Part shown: positions 27,295 to 37,107 of the stretch, in pieces
Position numbering within the stretch: the first letter of the stretch is position 1
How the letters are laid out: each line of letters opens with the position of its first letter
Assembly: GCA_045590715.1 (NCBI GenBank)
Contig: JAZNRO010000049.1
Coordinates: 1,853 to 65,852, forward strand
DNA: 64,000 bases
Direction: 5' to 3'
DNA from: Eubacteriales bacterium
GTDB lineage: Bacteria; Bacillota; Clostridia; Oscillospirales; SIG627
The notes under the pieces: model-generated
The model's input: the letters and a program-made list of their open reading frames with translations, nothing else
Database searches by the model: none
Told to the model about the DNA's origin: nothing
Position numbers and translations under genes: made by a program

Positions 27295-27335
27295 AACAAA
27301 AAAAACAGCACCCGATTTGGGTGCTGTTTTCATTT
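27295..27335. terminator. Bidirectional terminator between convergent genes
   Basis: Stem ACAGCACCC / GGGTGCTGT, loop GATTT, A-run upstream, T-run downstream. Confidence 0.75.
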
Positions 27336-27348
27336 TTATCAGTATGCT

Positions 27349-29316
27349 TTATTTGTCTACGCCGTAGTCGATCTTTTCGTTTTCTTTCTTCAGTACGCGC
27401 TTATACATGGCGTTTGCCAAAGTAAAGATGTCAAAGTATCTTTCCAGTTCGTATTCGTATTTACCGAAGTCTGCAATGAACTTATTGTAAAGTTCTTTTG
27501 CTTCCTTGCCGGCGCCAACGGATTTTAAGATCATCACGTCTGCAATGCCGCAAGCGTATTCCAGATATCTGCGAAGGATTCTGTATGCTACGGTCTGGGT
27601 ACGAACGGGGCTGTTCTTATGGGCTTCTACGAAGGGTTTGAACTCTTCTACCAAAGGACGAACCTGGCGCAGTTTTTCTGCCATAGCGGGATTGTAGTAC
27701 TGGCCGATCTCAGGATTAGCGGAGTTTTCACCTGCCATAAACTTGTGGTCGATGAGTTCTCCCAGTTTTTCAAGGAAAGTAACGACCTCTTTCCAGTCTT
27801 CGCCGTAGATGTGGCTGAAATAGTCTTCCTTCAGTGCTTCAAAATCAAGGTCGGTATCAAAGAGGGTGTGACCGTAAGTATAGAAGGGGAAACCGTTGGG
27901 GAAGAAGCCTCTCTGGGAGCCGTCTTCAATGGTACCGCCGAACTTGTGGTACTTGTAGCCCTTGATATCCTCATTGATGATCTGGGCGAAGCGGGTAGTA
28001 GAAAATTCATAGGCCATATTGTACCAGAAGTGGTATTCATAAACCAGAATATCTACATTGCAAGTGTCCTGCCAGGATTTGGCAAAGGCAATACCGGTAT
28101 CGCTGGCAGTAGGCAGATCCACCTTGTTTCTTACGTACTTGGGAAGATTTGCGGTAGAAACGGGACGCTGGGCAACGCCCTCGGTATAAGTACGGGTAAT
28201 GGGCGCAAGGAGAATGGTAAATCTATCGGGGTGATTCAGTCTTTCTACTTCGGGAGCAAAAAGGGTGTCGTAATAGCAGATCATTACGATATGGGTATCA
28301 AGACCGCGGCGGATCAGTTCGTCGTCGATCTCATTTAAAAGGATCATGTACCAGTCGGTAGCAGTCTTCTTCACACACTCTTCGCACTCGCAGTGGTTAT
28401 TTACCATATCGGAAAGCCAAACGTGGAGAAAGTCTACGTTGGTAGAGATCTCTGCATAGTCAACAACGGCCTTGGCAACCAGTCTGCGTGCCTCGGGATT
28501 GGACATACAGAAGTTGGTGAGCCAGGGGTCGCCGTGATAGATGGCTCTCTTACCGTCAAACAGGGCAATATAATCTTTTGCGGCAATATATTCGGGGCGC
28601 TTCTCCCACTCTTCTTCGGTAAATCTGGTTTCGGGGTCAATGCCAAGACCCTTGGTGGTCCAGCCATGGCCGATATCGTGGAACTGAAGACCGCGCTTGG
28701 AAATTTCAACCTCGCACTGCTTCTTCCACTGAACCAGAGTTTCCTTGGTAACAGGTTCGGGCTCGCGGTTTGCGGTGTTGTTACGATGTTCGTAATAGAA
28801 GTTATAATAGCCGGGAGCAAAGAACTCCAGCATAAAGATATTCATACCCAGCTTGGGAGCAAAATCAATGGCCTCCAGCATATTGGACTGGTATTCTGCG
28901 CCTTCGTTGCACCAACCTCTATAGCGGTTTGATGCCATCTTATGGAATTTTACGCCTTCTACTTCCTTCATAGGAATGATCTCGCCGTCCACACCTGGGA
29001 AAAGCCAGCGGCAACCGTTCATGGTAAGGAAGCGGTAAACAGCAAGAAGTACGCTTCTTACGTTGTTACCGGAAATGATACCGCCGTCTTTGTCGGTATC
29101 GATATGCAGGATATCATCCAGGTTATTATCAGGGGCCTCGCTGGTATCAAGACCGAAATCAGCCATCACACCCAGGCGGAAGCCTTCTTTTGCTTCGGGG
29201 TCATAAGCAATCGGAATTTCGCCGCATTCGGGCATCATCATTCTCAAATACTTTTTGAGTTCTTCTGCCGCGAAATCTACCACAGGGCTTGACGTAATTT
29301 TTTTAATGGTGTACAT
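27349..29316 (-). CDS. Cytoplasmic DUF4838-like putative glycoside hydrolase
   Basis: 655 aa, no signal peptide. N-terminus ...VVDFAAEELKKYLRMM... and a central TIM-barrel-like region resemble DUF4838/GH20-related proteins as I remember them. The family call is tentative. Confidence 0.45.
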   Translation of the reverse strand: MYTIKKITSSPVVDFAAEELKKYLRMMMPECGEIPIAYDPEAKEGFRLGVMADFGLDTSEAPDNNLDDILHIDTDKDGGIISGNNVRSVLLAVYRFLTMNGCRWLFPGVDGEIIPMKEVEGVKFHKMASNRYRGWCNEGAEYQSNMLEAIDFAPKLGMNIFMLEFFAPGYYNFYYEHRNNTANREPEPVTKETLVQWKKQCEVEISKRGLQFHDIGHGWTTKGLGIDPETRFTEEEWEKRPEYIAAKDYIALFDGKRAIYHGDPWLTNFCMSNPEARRLVAKAVVDYAEISTNVDFLHVWLSDMVNNHCECEECVKKTATDWYMILLNEIDDELIRRGLDTHIVMICYYDTLFAPEVERLNHPDRFTILLAPITRTYTEGVAQRPVSTANLPKYVRNKVDLPTASDTGIAFAKSWQDTCNVDILVYEYHFWYNMAYEFSTTRFAQIINEDIKGYKYHKFGGTIEDGSQRGFFPNGFPFYTYGHTLFDTDLDFEALKEDYFSHIYGEDWKEVVTFLEKLGELIDHKFMAGENSANPEIGQYYNPAMAEKLRQVRPLVEEFKPFVEAHKNSPVRTQTVAYRILRRYLEYACGIADVMILKSVGAGKEAKELYNKFIADFGKYEYELERYFDIFTLANAMYKRVLKKENEKIDYGVDK

Positions 29317-29448
29317 TCTCGCTCTCCTTTAGGTTGTTTTGCTTTTTTCCGCATCAAGGCAAAGGCCTTTCTGCACCTTAACTCTTATTATATCATACCG
29401 AAAAAACCATTGCAATAAAAACAAGGCAGTTTTTTCCATAAAAAAGCC

Positions 29449-29493
29449 GAAAAAACAAAGAAATGCGACCGTTTTTTTCCGTAGTCGCATTTC
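29449..29493 (-). terminator. Rho-independent terminator after the HAD gene
   Basis: Stem GAAATGCGAC / GTCGCATTTC followed on the minus strand by TTTGTTTTTT. Confidence 0.65.
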
Positions 29494-29499
29494 TTTTCC

Positions 29500-30195
29500 T
29501 TATAAGATCTTTTCTATTTCTTTCAGGGTATAAACCACAAAATCGGGCTTTCTTTCCTCTGGGATCTCCTGCTTTTTGGCGTTGTACAAAAGAGTCTTAA
29601 TGCCGGCATTCTTTCCGCCTGCCATATCGGAAGTGATAGAATCACCGATGATCATCATCTCCTCCGGCAAAATAGGAGTAGGTTGATCTTTGTTCAAACG
29701 ATCAAAACAAATGTCAAAATACTCCCGCGAGGGTTTCGAGTGCCCCATCTCTTCGGAAATAAAAAGATGAGAAAAATACGGGAGCATTCCGCCTATTTTC
29801 AGTCTGTTTACCTGCTGAAGATAGGGCCCGTTGCTGGCGGCACAAAGGATATATTTTTCCTTTAAATAAGAAAGAAGCTCCAGGGCTCCCTCTTCCGGAA
29901 TGGCACTGTCAAAAAGGCAATCACGAAAATAGGCTTCAAATTTTACTCCGTCTGCCTTGAAGCCAAGAGCTTCAAACACCAGGTTCCAACGGATCTTTTT
30001 CAGTTCCTCAAAAGAAAGTTCCCCTTCCTCCAGCCTATGCCAAAGAGAAGAATTGACCTTGTGAAAAACAGAAAGCATCTCATCTTGAAATTCACCGATT
30101 TGAAAGACCTCAAAACCGCTTTTCATGGCTTCTTTTACATACTGCTGAAAACTTAAAAGCGTATCGTCAATATCCAGTAATATCACCTTCAGCAC
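29500..30195 (-). CDS. HAD-superfamily hydrolase (subfamily IA, YjjG-like nucleotidase type)
   Basis: 231 aa. Motif I LLDIDDTLL, motif II ASNG, motif IV IGDSITSDMAGGKNAG. Confidence 0.8.
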   Translation of the reverse strand: MLKVILLDIDDTLLSFQQYVKEAMKSGFEVFQIGEFQDEMLSVFHKVNSSLWHRLEEGELSFEELKKIRWNLVFEALGFKADGVKFEAYFRDCLFDSAIPEEGALELLSYLKEKYILCAASNGPYLQQVNRLKIGGMLPYFSHLFISEEMGHSKPSREYFDICFDRLNKDQPTPILPEEMMIIGDSITSDMAGGKNAGIKTLLYNAKKQEIPEERKPDFVVYTLKEIEKIL

Positions 30196-30291
30196 AAGAT
30201 CACCTCCCCTTTTCTTCTATTTTACACAAAAAAGAAAAAATTGCAATGGCAGATATAGGCGCAGATGAATCGGTACATCTATGATATACGT

Positions 30292-30323
30292 AATAAAAAA
30301 GAGGGATAAAACTCCCTCTTTTC
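30292..30323. terminator. Stem-loop terminator downstream of the SHOCT-domain gene
   Basis: Stem AGAGGGA / TCCCTCT, 6-nt loop, A-run and T-run on either side. Confidence 0.6.
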
Positions 30324-30326
30324 TTA

Positions 30327-30809
30327 TTACAGCCCAAGCAATTCTTTTTTCTTTACATTAAATTCTTCTTCGGTAATAACACCAAGATCCAAAAGTTCTT
30401 TAAATTTCTTAATTTCATCAGCAACAGACACTTCGTTTATGACAACATTGTCTTTCTTGGTTTTGTATTCTTCAATTTGTTTTTTGCAGTACTCGGCAAC
30501 TTCTACCATCTTTTTATTTGGTATTTTTGTTGTTTCCCAATTAAAGGAGTTTTCCGCGTAAAAATTACCGCCGCCGCCACTATTAACGCCACTACTTGCG
30601 GTCTCAAATTGTAAATAACCAATCATTAGTCCCGCTTTCTTAAATTGAATACCGATACAATCGGAAAAATAAATTGTTTTCTCTCCGTTAAGAGCGCTAC
30701 CCGTTAATATGGACCCTAAATTAACCTTTGCCTTTATAACTACTTTATCCTTATAAACGTCTAAATGTTTCCCTCTAACACCTTTCAATTCGTAAATCTT
30801 TTCACTCAT
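30327..30809 (-). CDS. Bacterial PH-like (YokE/DUF4429-like) plus C-terminal SHOCT domain protein
   Basis: 160 aa from ATG 30809 (RBS GAGGTG). Contains ...KTIYFSDCIGIQFKKAGLMIGYLQFET.... C-terminus ADEIKKFKELLDLGVITEEEFNVKKKELLGL is a SHOCT pattern. The gene is visibly AT-rich relative to its neighbours. Confidence 0.6.
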   Translation of the reverse strand: MSEKIYELKGVRGKHLDVYKDKVVIKAKVNLGSILTGSALNGEKTIYFSDCIGIQFKKAGLMIGYLQFETASSGVNSGGGGNFYAENSFNWETTKIPNKKMVEVAEYCKKQIEEYKTKKDNVVINEVSVADEIKKFKELLDLGVITEEEFNVKKKELLGL

Positions 30810-30922
30810 ATTAAGCACCTCAACGTATTATTTTTAGACATATCTCACTACCATATTAAGGTAATTGCCAATATAATTAAATAACTCTTTTACATTGTTT
30901 ACAAAATGTTCACAGACGGCAT

Positions 30923-30966
30923 AAAAAAAGGGGGGTAGCCCCGTTTGAGGCTACCCCTTTTATTTT
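30923..30966. terminator. Strong bidirectional terminator downstream of the endolysin gene
   Basis: Stem GGGGTAGCC / GGCTACCCC, 8-nt loop, A7 upstream, TTTTATTTT downstream. Confidence 0.8.
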
Positions 30967-31059
30967 GCGATATTTTGCCGTTTTTAGCGCTTTTAGTTTT
31001 ACCCTACTTGGGTATTATTAGTGTAACGCTTAACGTGCGCGTGTTGGGCGCGTGCTGGG

Positions 31060-31770
31060 CTACACGATGATAGCGTCGTAACCTTTGGCTTTCAGTTCGT
31101 CGCGCAGTCTTTCGGCTCCAGATTTATTACGAAAAGCGCCGACTTGCACACGATACCACTTGTCGGCCTCGGCGGGCTGTTCTACCTTTTTCTTGGTGAG
31201 ACCGCCTTTTGCTACCAGAACCTCTACACAGGCTCTGGCTACCTTGTCGGCAAAGTCGTCTGTGAGAATAATCGGTACATCAGTGGTGGAGTCCATAAAA
31301 CCGCACTCGATCAAGACGGCGGGCATATGTGTTTCACGCAGTACGTGAAGGTTAGACTGGGCCAAGGGTGTCGCTCTGTTGCCTTTCAGTCCTGTGTACT
31401 TAATTACAGCGTTGTAGAGATCTCTCTGCCAGTTCAACGTGGCTTCTCCTACGTTCGGGTAAACATAAGCCACTACACCGCCACCACTACCTCTGTTGAT
31501 ACCAGCGTTGTGGTGGATAGAAAGGTAAAAGTCAGCGTTGAATTTGTTTGCGTTTGCGGTACGGGTTTCCAGAGGAACGTCAATTTTTCCTGTGGTGTCG
31601 TCAGCGCGGATCAGTTCGTATCCCTCATACGTAGAAAGGTACTGCTGGATCTTGTTGCAGATCCGAGAGTTTAAAGACCATTCGCGGGTCTGGTGAGGGT
31701 CGATTTTTACGTCACAACGTTTGCCAGCCGTATTGATACCGTGGCCAGCGTCGAGTACAAATTTAAACAT
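31060..31770 (-). CDS. Endolysin: N-acetylmuramoyl-L-alanine amidase (Amidase_3) with C-terminal SPOR domain
   Basis: 236 aa. LDAGHG...SIHHNA...IECGFMDS amidase_3 motifs. C-terminus WYRVQVGAFRNKSGAERLRDELKAKGYDAIIV is SPOR-like. Confidence 0.85.
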   Translation of the reverse strand: MFKFVLDAGHGINTAGKRCDVKIDPHQTREWSLNSRICNKIQQYLSTYEGYELIRADDTTGKIDVPLETRTANANKFNADFYLSIHHNAGINRGSGGGVVAYVYPNVGEATLNWQRDLYNAVIKYTGLKGNRATPLAQSNLHVLRETHMPAVLIECGFMDSTTDVPIILTDDFADKVARACVEVLVAKGGLTKKKVEQPAEADKWYRVQVGAFRNKSGAERLRDELKAKGYDAIIV

Positions 31771-31772
31771 AG

Positions 31773-31982
31773 TTATTCCCCCTTGTTTTTGTTATACTGT
31801 GCAGAGCTGATACCGATTAGAGTACCGATAAGCAGAGAAAAGGCGACGCAAGTTTTAAACACCTGGTCACCATAAGGCAGTCCCCAAATGGTACTCATTT
31901 CATTATAAAACAGACCGAGAGCGTCTAAAGCTACCAGCGCGATCCATTTTAAAACATCGTATACTTTGTTGTTCAGTTTCAT
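31773..31982 (-). CDS. Holin
   Basis: 69 aa, two hydrophobic helices, charged C-terminus. Immediately upstream of the endolysin. Confidence 0.7.
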   Translation of the reverse strand: MKLNNKVYDVLKWIALVALDALGLFYNEMSTIWGLPYGDQVFKTCVAFSLLIGTLIGISSAQYNKNKGE

Positions 31983-32275
31983 AGTTCATTCTCCTTTTCG
32001 TCTAATTGTTCGAGAATGGCGTTGTATAGGAGTTTTACCTCGCCGTTCCCGCCTCGCTTGATATATTCGTCGCCAGCCTTAATACGCTCTCGTAAAGGCA
32101 TATATGGCGACGTAATAACAAGCCTTTTGATATCAAGGTAGTTTTCAAGGATATGCCTCTCGTTGGTCTCGTCGCGCTTTTCTTTTTTGCGGAAAAAGCT
32201 ATACACCTTCGCACAAGCCAGAATGATAGCGCTACAAGCCCCAACGACAGATCCAAGCGTAATAATTGTCTGCAT
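31979..32275 (-). CDS. Membrane-anchored phage protein (N-terminal TM), lysis-cassette associated
   Basis: 98 aa from ATG 32275 (RBS AAGGAGGATAGG). The track's 197-aa version overlaps the tail-fibre gene and is rejected. Confidence 0.55.
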   Translation of the reverse strand: MQTIITLGSVVGACSAIILACAKVYSFFRKKEKRDETNERHILENYLDIKRLVITSPYMPLRERIKAGDEYIKRGGNGEVKLLYNAILEQLDEKENEL

Positions 32276-32289
32276 TGGCCTATCCTCCT

Positions 32290-34620
32290 TTAGTTTTTGG
32301 TGTACCACAATTGGACTACACCCGCGTATTGTGAGTAATCTCCTGCTGTATAAATATTTACGACCCCTGTTTCTCCTCCAACATGGATATAGTTGTCTAC
32401 ATTGTACCAATGAGGCAACGCACAGGATCCTCCGCTGGTAGAATGTTTTATTGTTCCAGAAACGCGAATAACTTGATTGATATTGGGTATACCATGTAAA
32501 ACGGATTTTCTTCCATTGTTTGGCAAATATCCGCAGTCTACTAACTGAACAAAAACAGGTTTCCCTTCCCAAATTTCAGTCGTGCGATATTCCGCACCAA
32601 GGCCCGCGGGCGGGTTTACCCAACACCAGTCCTCCCAGATATCTTCAACAATATTTCTTTTCCATTCAAAAGGAGACGGCCCCGCATATTTAATAGCGGA
32701 AATACAGCCCCACTTGTTATTTGTTTTATAAATTGTCACGAAGGTAATACCACCTCCGAACGTTGAATATTTTAAAGAACCGTTGTTTACGATAATATGC
32801 TTTATTGTGTTTTCTGTCATACTTTCATAGACAGCTTTAAGCAATTCGTCCGTTTTTTCTTCGGGATTTTCCTCGTCTTCGTGGATACCTATTGTTTTAT
32901 CGATATCTACCAGTCCAGCGGGTGCCACGTCCTCGGTAATGGTTTTGTGGATGCCTTCAATCTCTTTGCCAATGCCGGCAATCTCCTTTTTGATTTCGCG
33001 AATAATATGATTATCTCCTTCACCGAGAGCAATAGAGAGCTTGTTTGCTACTTTGCCAAAGTCAAGGTTACGAATTACGGTAAAATCGGTTGAAAGGCCA
33101 GACTCGTAGACAATGGTAGTAGTCGGTGAAAAATACTCAAATTCAAGTTCACCAGCGGTCGATCTTTTATAGTGTTTGTAATCTTGATAGGGTGCGTAGG
33201 GCGTAGGCTCTTTGCCGAGTTCTGCCTGTACGTTTAGGATAGCGTGACCTGGTGTGCAACTCCACCGCGCATACGATACTTTCTTTGTGGTTGTGAATGT
33301 TGCGTATGCTCTGCCGTCTTTGGTTTTGTCGAGAACAATGGTATTTACGAGAGTTCCTTCTTCGTTGGTCTCAAACAGTTCAAGGGTAATATCGTCGCTG
33401 ATATCTGCGCTGACGGTTAATTCTACGCCCGCGGGAATACTAGGAAACCACTTCGGGCTTGTTGCTTTTACTCCCGCGCTGTTGATAATGTTTTTACCAA
33501 AGACTCTAATACCGATACTGTCCTTTGAAACAACGGTCATTTTCGTAACGGCGTCACAGTCGTCAAAACGCGCGGACGTATTGCAGTCTACCTCTGCCTC
33601 GGTCATATCGCTCTTAAGGTAGTAGGGCATTTCGTCGGCTCTAAACTCATAAAACTCTAGTTCCTCGCCGTACATACCCTTATCGCTGGCGTTTGTTTCC
33701 GTCAAAATAGGCGTACAGTTATGGCTACCAGCAAAGCCCGCGTAGTTCATGTTGAAATCTACTGTTCTGTTTTCACTGGTGTCAATTTCCACGTAAACGT
33801 CAATATAGCAGTTTACGGGTGTTACCTCGTAGTTTACTTTTCCGTTACTGTCGGGGAACGTTGTACCCGCTTTGGGGTATGCAATTCTCGCCTTTTTGAT
33901 TTTGAATTTTTCGTCGCCTTCTCCGAAAAAGTTCTCATAGCGCTTTACCAGTACGCCTCTATAAGAGCTGGGCTGATTAGGAAACCTAACAAAGCCAGAA
34001 AAGTCGAACGACAGGGTGTGTACTTGTTTACAGTCGCTACCAGAGTAACCGTTTGCAAGGCCCAAGTTCACGGTACCGTTTGTGGCGCGGATAACGTTCA
34101 AGATACGTTTCCAGCCAGTAGACTTGATTTGGTAGCTTGCGTTTCTACCTTGGGAAACGATTTCAATTTTCTCTTTTACCTCGGACAAACACTGTTCTGT
34201 TTCGTTTAATACTTTCTGTACCTCAAAAATAAAGTCCTCTTTTTCGGGGATAGCGTCCTCTGCGCCGATACTTTTCAGTACGACGTATTTTTTGGTTGCG
34301 CTTTTCCAGACCTCGCCGTTTTCACTTTGTAAAACAAGCTGTACCTCTAGGTTACCGCTTTTATCGAGTACGCCAGACGGGATATCAAACTCGATCTTGT
34401 TTTCTACAATTTCAAGGCGAGGAGTTTTAATCATTTCGCCGTTCGGCTTTTTGAAATCAAGATAAGCCCAGAACGCAGATAGTTCTTCGGGGATCGTGAT
34501 CTCTAACTGCGAGACGGCATTTTCGCCCGTTCGGCCAATAGTGGCCACCGAGCAGTTATAAGTATGATCGTCGCCGATCGTTACATGGATCGTGTCCTTT
34601 TCAAGTATTGTGTCTTTCAT
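32290..34620 (-). CDS. Tail fibre / receptor-binding protein
   Basis: 776 aa. Last large gene of the tail module. C-terminal WEGKPVFVQLVDCGYLPNNGRKSV... block resembles phage fibre tip domains. Confidence 0.6.
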   Translation of the reverse strand: MKDTILEKDTIHVTIGDDHTYNCSVATIGRTGENAVSQLEITIPEELSAFWAYLDFKKPNGEMIKTPRLEIVENKIEFDIPSGVLDKSGNLEVQLVLQSENGEVWKSATKKYVVLKSIGAEDAIPEKEDFIFEVQKVLNETEQCLSEVKEKIEIVSQGRNASYQIKSTGWKRILNVIRATNGTVNLGLANGYSGSDCKQVHTLSFDFSGFVRFPNQPSSYRGVLVKRYENFFGEGDEKFKIKKARIAYPKAGTTFPDSNGKVNYEVTPVNCYIDVYVEIDTSENRTVDFNMNYAGFAGSHNCTPILTETNASDKGMYGEELEFYEFRADEMPYYLKSDMTEAEVDCNTSARFDDCDAVTKMTVVSKDSIGIRVFGKNIINSAGVKATSPKWFPSIPAGVELTVSADISDDITLELFETNEEGTLVNTIVLDKTKDGRAYATFTTTKKVSYARWSCTPGHAILNVQAELGKEPTPYAPYQDYKHYKRSTAGELEFEYFSPTTTIVYESGLSTDFTVIRNLDFGKVANKLSIALGEGDNHIIREIKKEIAGIGKEIEGIHKTITEDVAPAGLVDIDKTIGIHEDEENPEEKTDELLKAVYESMTENTIKHIIVNNGSLKYSTFGGGITFVTIYKTNNKWGCISAIKYAGPSPFEWKRNIVEDIWEDWCWVNPPAGLGAEYRTTEIWEGKPVFVQLVDCGYLPNNGRKSVLHGIPNINQVIRVSGTIKHSTSGGSCALPHWYNVDNYIHVGGETGVVNIYTAGDYSQYAGVVQLWYTKN

Positions 34621-34632
34621 AATGCACCTCCT

Positions 34633-37104
34633 TTATGCAGTTCTTTTCCAGTAGAATTTATCACAAAAGCTGTTTACCATAGTGTTTGGTACAACGTTAA
34701 ACGTGAAATCCAAAGAATATGAATGACCGCTTTCAAGAGACGTCGCCTCGATTACATTAAGAACATTTAAACCGCCTGTATAGTCAAGATTCCACACAAT
34801 ACCACCTTTTGCTCCGTCGCTGTATGCTACTTGTTTGCCGTAGCCCATAGGCATATTAGTAATGCCTACTTTTTCCCAGTTAAACGTACCCAAAGCCAAG
34901 CCTGTATCGTTTAGTGTCGTATTTATAGCAAGCGACAAGCATATACGTATTGTACTGTGGCTACGCGTTATATGCGCTGAATTTACCACCACATTTGAGG
35001 TGGGGGTAAATATCGTGGTATCATTTCCACAATAAGGCGTGAAACCTTTATCGGCAAGCGCCCACGTTCCACCGAGTTTCGAGGCGGGGTTTGTGTTGGT
35101 AGTGTTACAGTAAATAGATCCTACGGGACACAAGTCCTCAATATACGCCGTGGTGTTCCACTCGCTCCACGTAGCGCCAGCGTCTATGGTGCGACGAAAG
35201 TACGTCATGCGCCCGTAGATAAGCTCTTGCCGTCTGTGCTGTTCGTTGCTTTCCGTTGTCGTCCAGTTCAGCACGTGCAACGTAAAACCGCCGTCCAGTC
35301 CGCTCGGTACGTTTTTCATCGTGTGTGTGTGCGAGGCCTGTATAGAGCGATAGGTTCCTTCTTCTACGATCGCGTTTAGATCGGTACCTTCTGCCAACTG
35401 TGTGAAATACTTTGTCTGTCTTATATTGTCAATGGTCGCCACCTCGACACCGTTTATGTAGGCTTTTTTCTTGTTTGAGCTTATAAAGAAAACCGCCTGT
35501 CCGATATCAACAGTAAGAGTCTCTTTGGTCGTGGTTAAAGTCCCAAAATTATCGGTTACGACAATCTCGATTTCAAACGACTTGGTATTGTCGAAAGTCA
35601 GCACAATATCGGCGCACGTAAACTTTCCAGCGGAAAGTTTAGGCGTTAGAGTTACATAACTATCCCACGTTCCACCTGTTTGACGGGACCGATACTTTAC
35701 GGTTTTAATCGTGTTTTTATCAGCGCCGTTGATCGTTAGCCGTGAATATTCACCGCCGATCTTTAGCGTTGTCTGCGCGCCAAAGTTATTGACACGCTTT
35801 GCGCTGGCGGTAATCTTCGGCTTGTTGTAGTCGTACACGGTAACGTCTTTGTATTTAAGCGTGGAAAGTCCACGGCTGTCGTAGGCTCTCACGTCCAAGC
35901 GCTTTGCACCAGCAGAAGAAATCTCCCCGACGGGAATGGTTACCGCGCTAGAGGCGTTGTAATTGGCGTTTTTGTTGATCGTGTCAATGTTTACACCGTA
36001 ATACTTGGACGTTGCGCCGTTTTGGGCTACCATTTTGTTTGCCGTGGAGATCTCAACAGACAAAGAGGAAAGCCCTTTTACGAGCGCTTGGTTACTGCCC
36101 GTTACAGCGGTAATCGCTGTGTTGGTGTCCTTGTACGTGAACGCTGGGAAAGTAGGGTAACACTCGCTTTCCTTAATTGAATACTTACCGCCCTGTTTCG
36201 TTCTCGCTTTCCCGCTATATTCCACCCTTACGCTGTACGTTGCGCTTTTTGTGTTGGGAATTGTAGCGTACAAATACGCGACGCTTGACGTGGAGTTATT
36301 GACCCCCTTGTAAGACGTGGTAGAACATTTGTACTCCACGTCGATCTGGGTACCGTTTCCGATGATATAGAAAACAAAGTCCCGCGAAAGAGGGTTATAA
36401 AACGAAAGCGTCAACTCGTTACCAAGCACAAAGTCGGGAGCATTGGTACAATGCGGATAGTCGTATGTGGTAACGCTCAATTTTGAGCTGTCGGTTGTGA
36501 GCTGGCTGTCTTTTCGGCGTACACGGGTCTTGATCTCATACGCCGTGTTTGAGGCAAGACCGCTGATCGTATAAGATCCGCTTTTGCCGTCGGTAACATC
36601 TACGCCTTTCCAGTTTGAGCCGTTATCCTTGCTGTACCACAAATAGTCGATCGTGCTGTCGCTAGACCAGTTCATAGTGATAGACGTTTCCGTTTTGGAT
36701 TTTAGGCTCTGTACAGACGTAGCGTAGCGCGGGATCTCGTCGAGTTCCCAGTCCCCTATGTAACCGTGTACGGTTGTACCGTAAACCGCTGTGCTAAACT
36801 CCACCTTGATCGTCTTTGAGCCGTCGCTGGTGTGCTTAACGGTGATCGTTCCGTCGGTAGAGCCTACCATAGTCGGGAATTTTTTATACTCCGAGTCTTT
36901 ACGATCTACGCTGTAAACGGTTGTACCGTTGATAATTACCTTTGTAGGGCCTGTGGGGTAACTGATATCGCTATCGCCGTGCGCCGATAACTCCCAAGAG
37001 ATCGTGGAGGAGTTTTCTTGAATATTTTGCTTTTGCGTGCATTTTAACTGAAAATATCGATCCCCGTATATGGGGTCACCTTTTAACGTTTTGCTACTAG
37101 CCAT
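34633..37104 (-). CDS. Tail/baseplate structural protein with DUF859-like N-domain and a fibronectin type III repeat
   Basis: 823 aa. N-terminus ...ISWELSAHGDSDISYPTGPTKVIINGTTVY.... FN3-like ...TSITMNWSSDSTIDYLWYSKDNGSNWKGV..YTISGLASNTAYEIKTRV. Confidence 0.6.
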   Translation of the reverse strand: MASSKTLKGDPIYGDRYFQLKCTQKQNIQENSSTISWELSAHGDSDISYPTGPTKVIINGTTVYSVDRKDSEYKKFPTMVGSTDGTITVKHTSDGSKTIKVEFSTAVYGTTVHGYIGDWELDEIPRYATSVQSLKSKTETSITMNWSSDSTIDYLWYSKDNGSNWKGVDVTDGKSGSYTISGLASNTAYEIKTRVRRKDSQLTTDSSKLSVTTYDYPHCTNAPDFVLGNELTLSFYNPLSRDFVFYIIGNGTQIDVEYKCSTTSYKGVNNSTSSVAYLYATIPNTKSATYSVRVEYSGKARTKQGGKYSIKESECYPTFPAFTYKDTNTAITAVTGSNQALVKGLSSLSVEISTANKMVAQNGATSKYYGVNIDTINKNANYNASSAVTIPVGEISSAGAKRLDVRAYDSRGLSTLKYKDVTVYDYNKPKITASAKRVNNFGAQTTLKIGGEYSRLTINGADKNTIKTVKYRSRQTGGTWDSYVTLTPKLSAGKFTCADIVLTFDNTKSFEIEIVVTDNFGTLTTTKETLTVDIGQAVFFISSNKKKAYINGVEVATIDNIRQTKYFTQLAEGTDLNAIVEEGTYRSIQASHTHTMKNVPSGLDGGFTLHVLNWTTTESNEQHRRQELIYGRMTYFRRTIDAGATWSEWNTTAYIEDLCPVGSIYCNTTNTNPASKLGGTWALADKGFTPYCGNDTTIFTPTSNVVVNSAHITRSHSTIRICLSLAINTTLNDTGLALGTFNWEKVGITNMPMGYGKQVAYSDGAKGGIVWNLDYTGGLNVLNVIEATSLESGHSYSLDFTFNVVPNTMVNSFCDKFYWKRTA

Positions 37105-37107
37105 TTT

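Noticed and set aside
31979-32572. 197-aa version of the ORF upstream of the holin
   Set aside because: The N-terminal 99 codons overlap the 3' end of the tail-fibre gene and look like nonsense. An internal ATG at 32275 with a strong RBS gives a sensible 98-aa TM protein. The same logic was applied to 46726..47562, 25726..26265, 14128..14790, 60280..60576 and 60054..60326.
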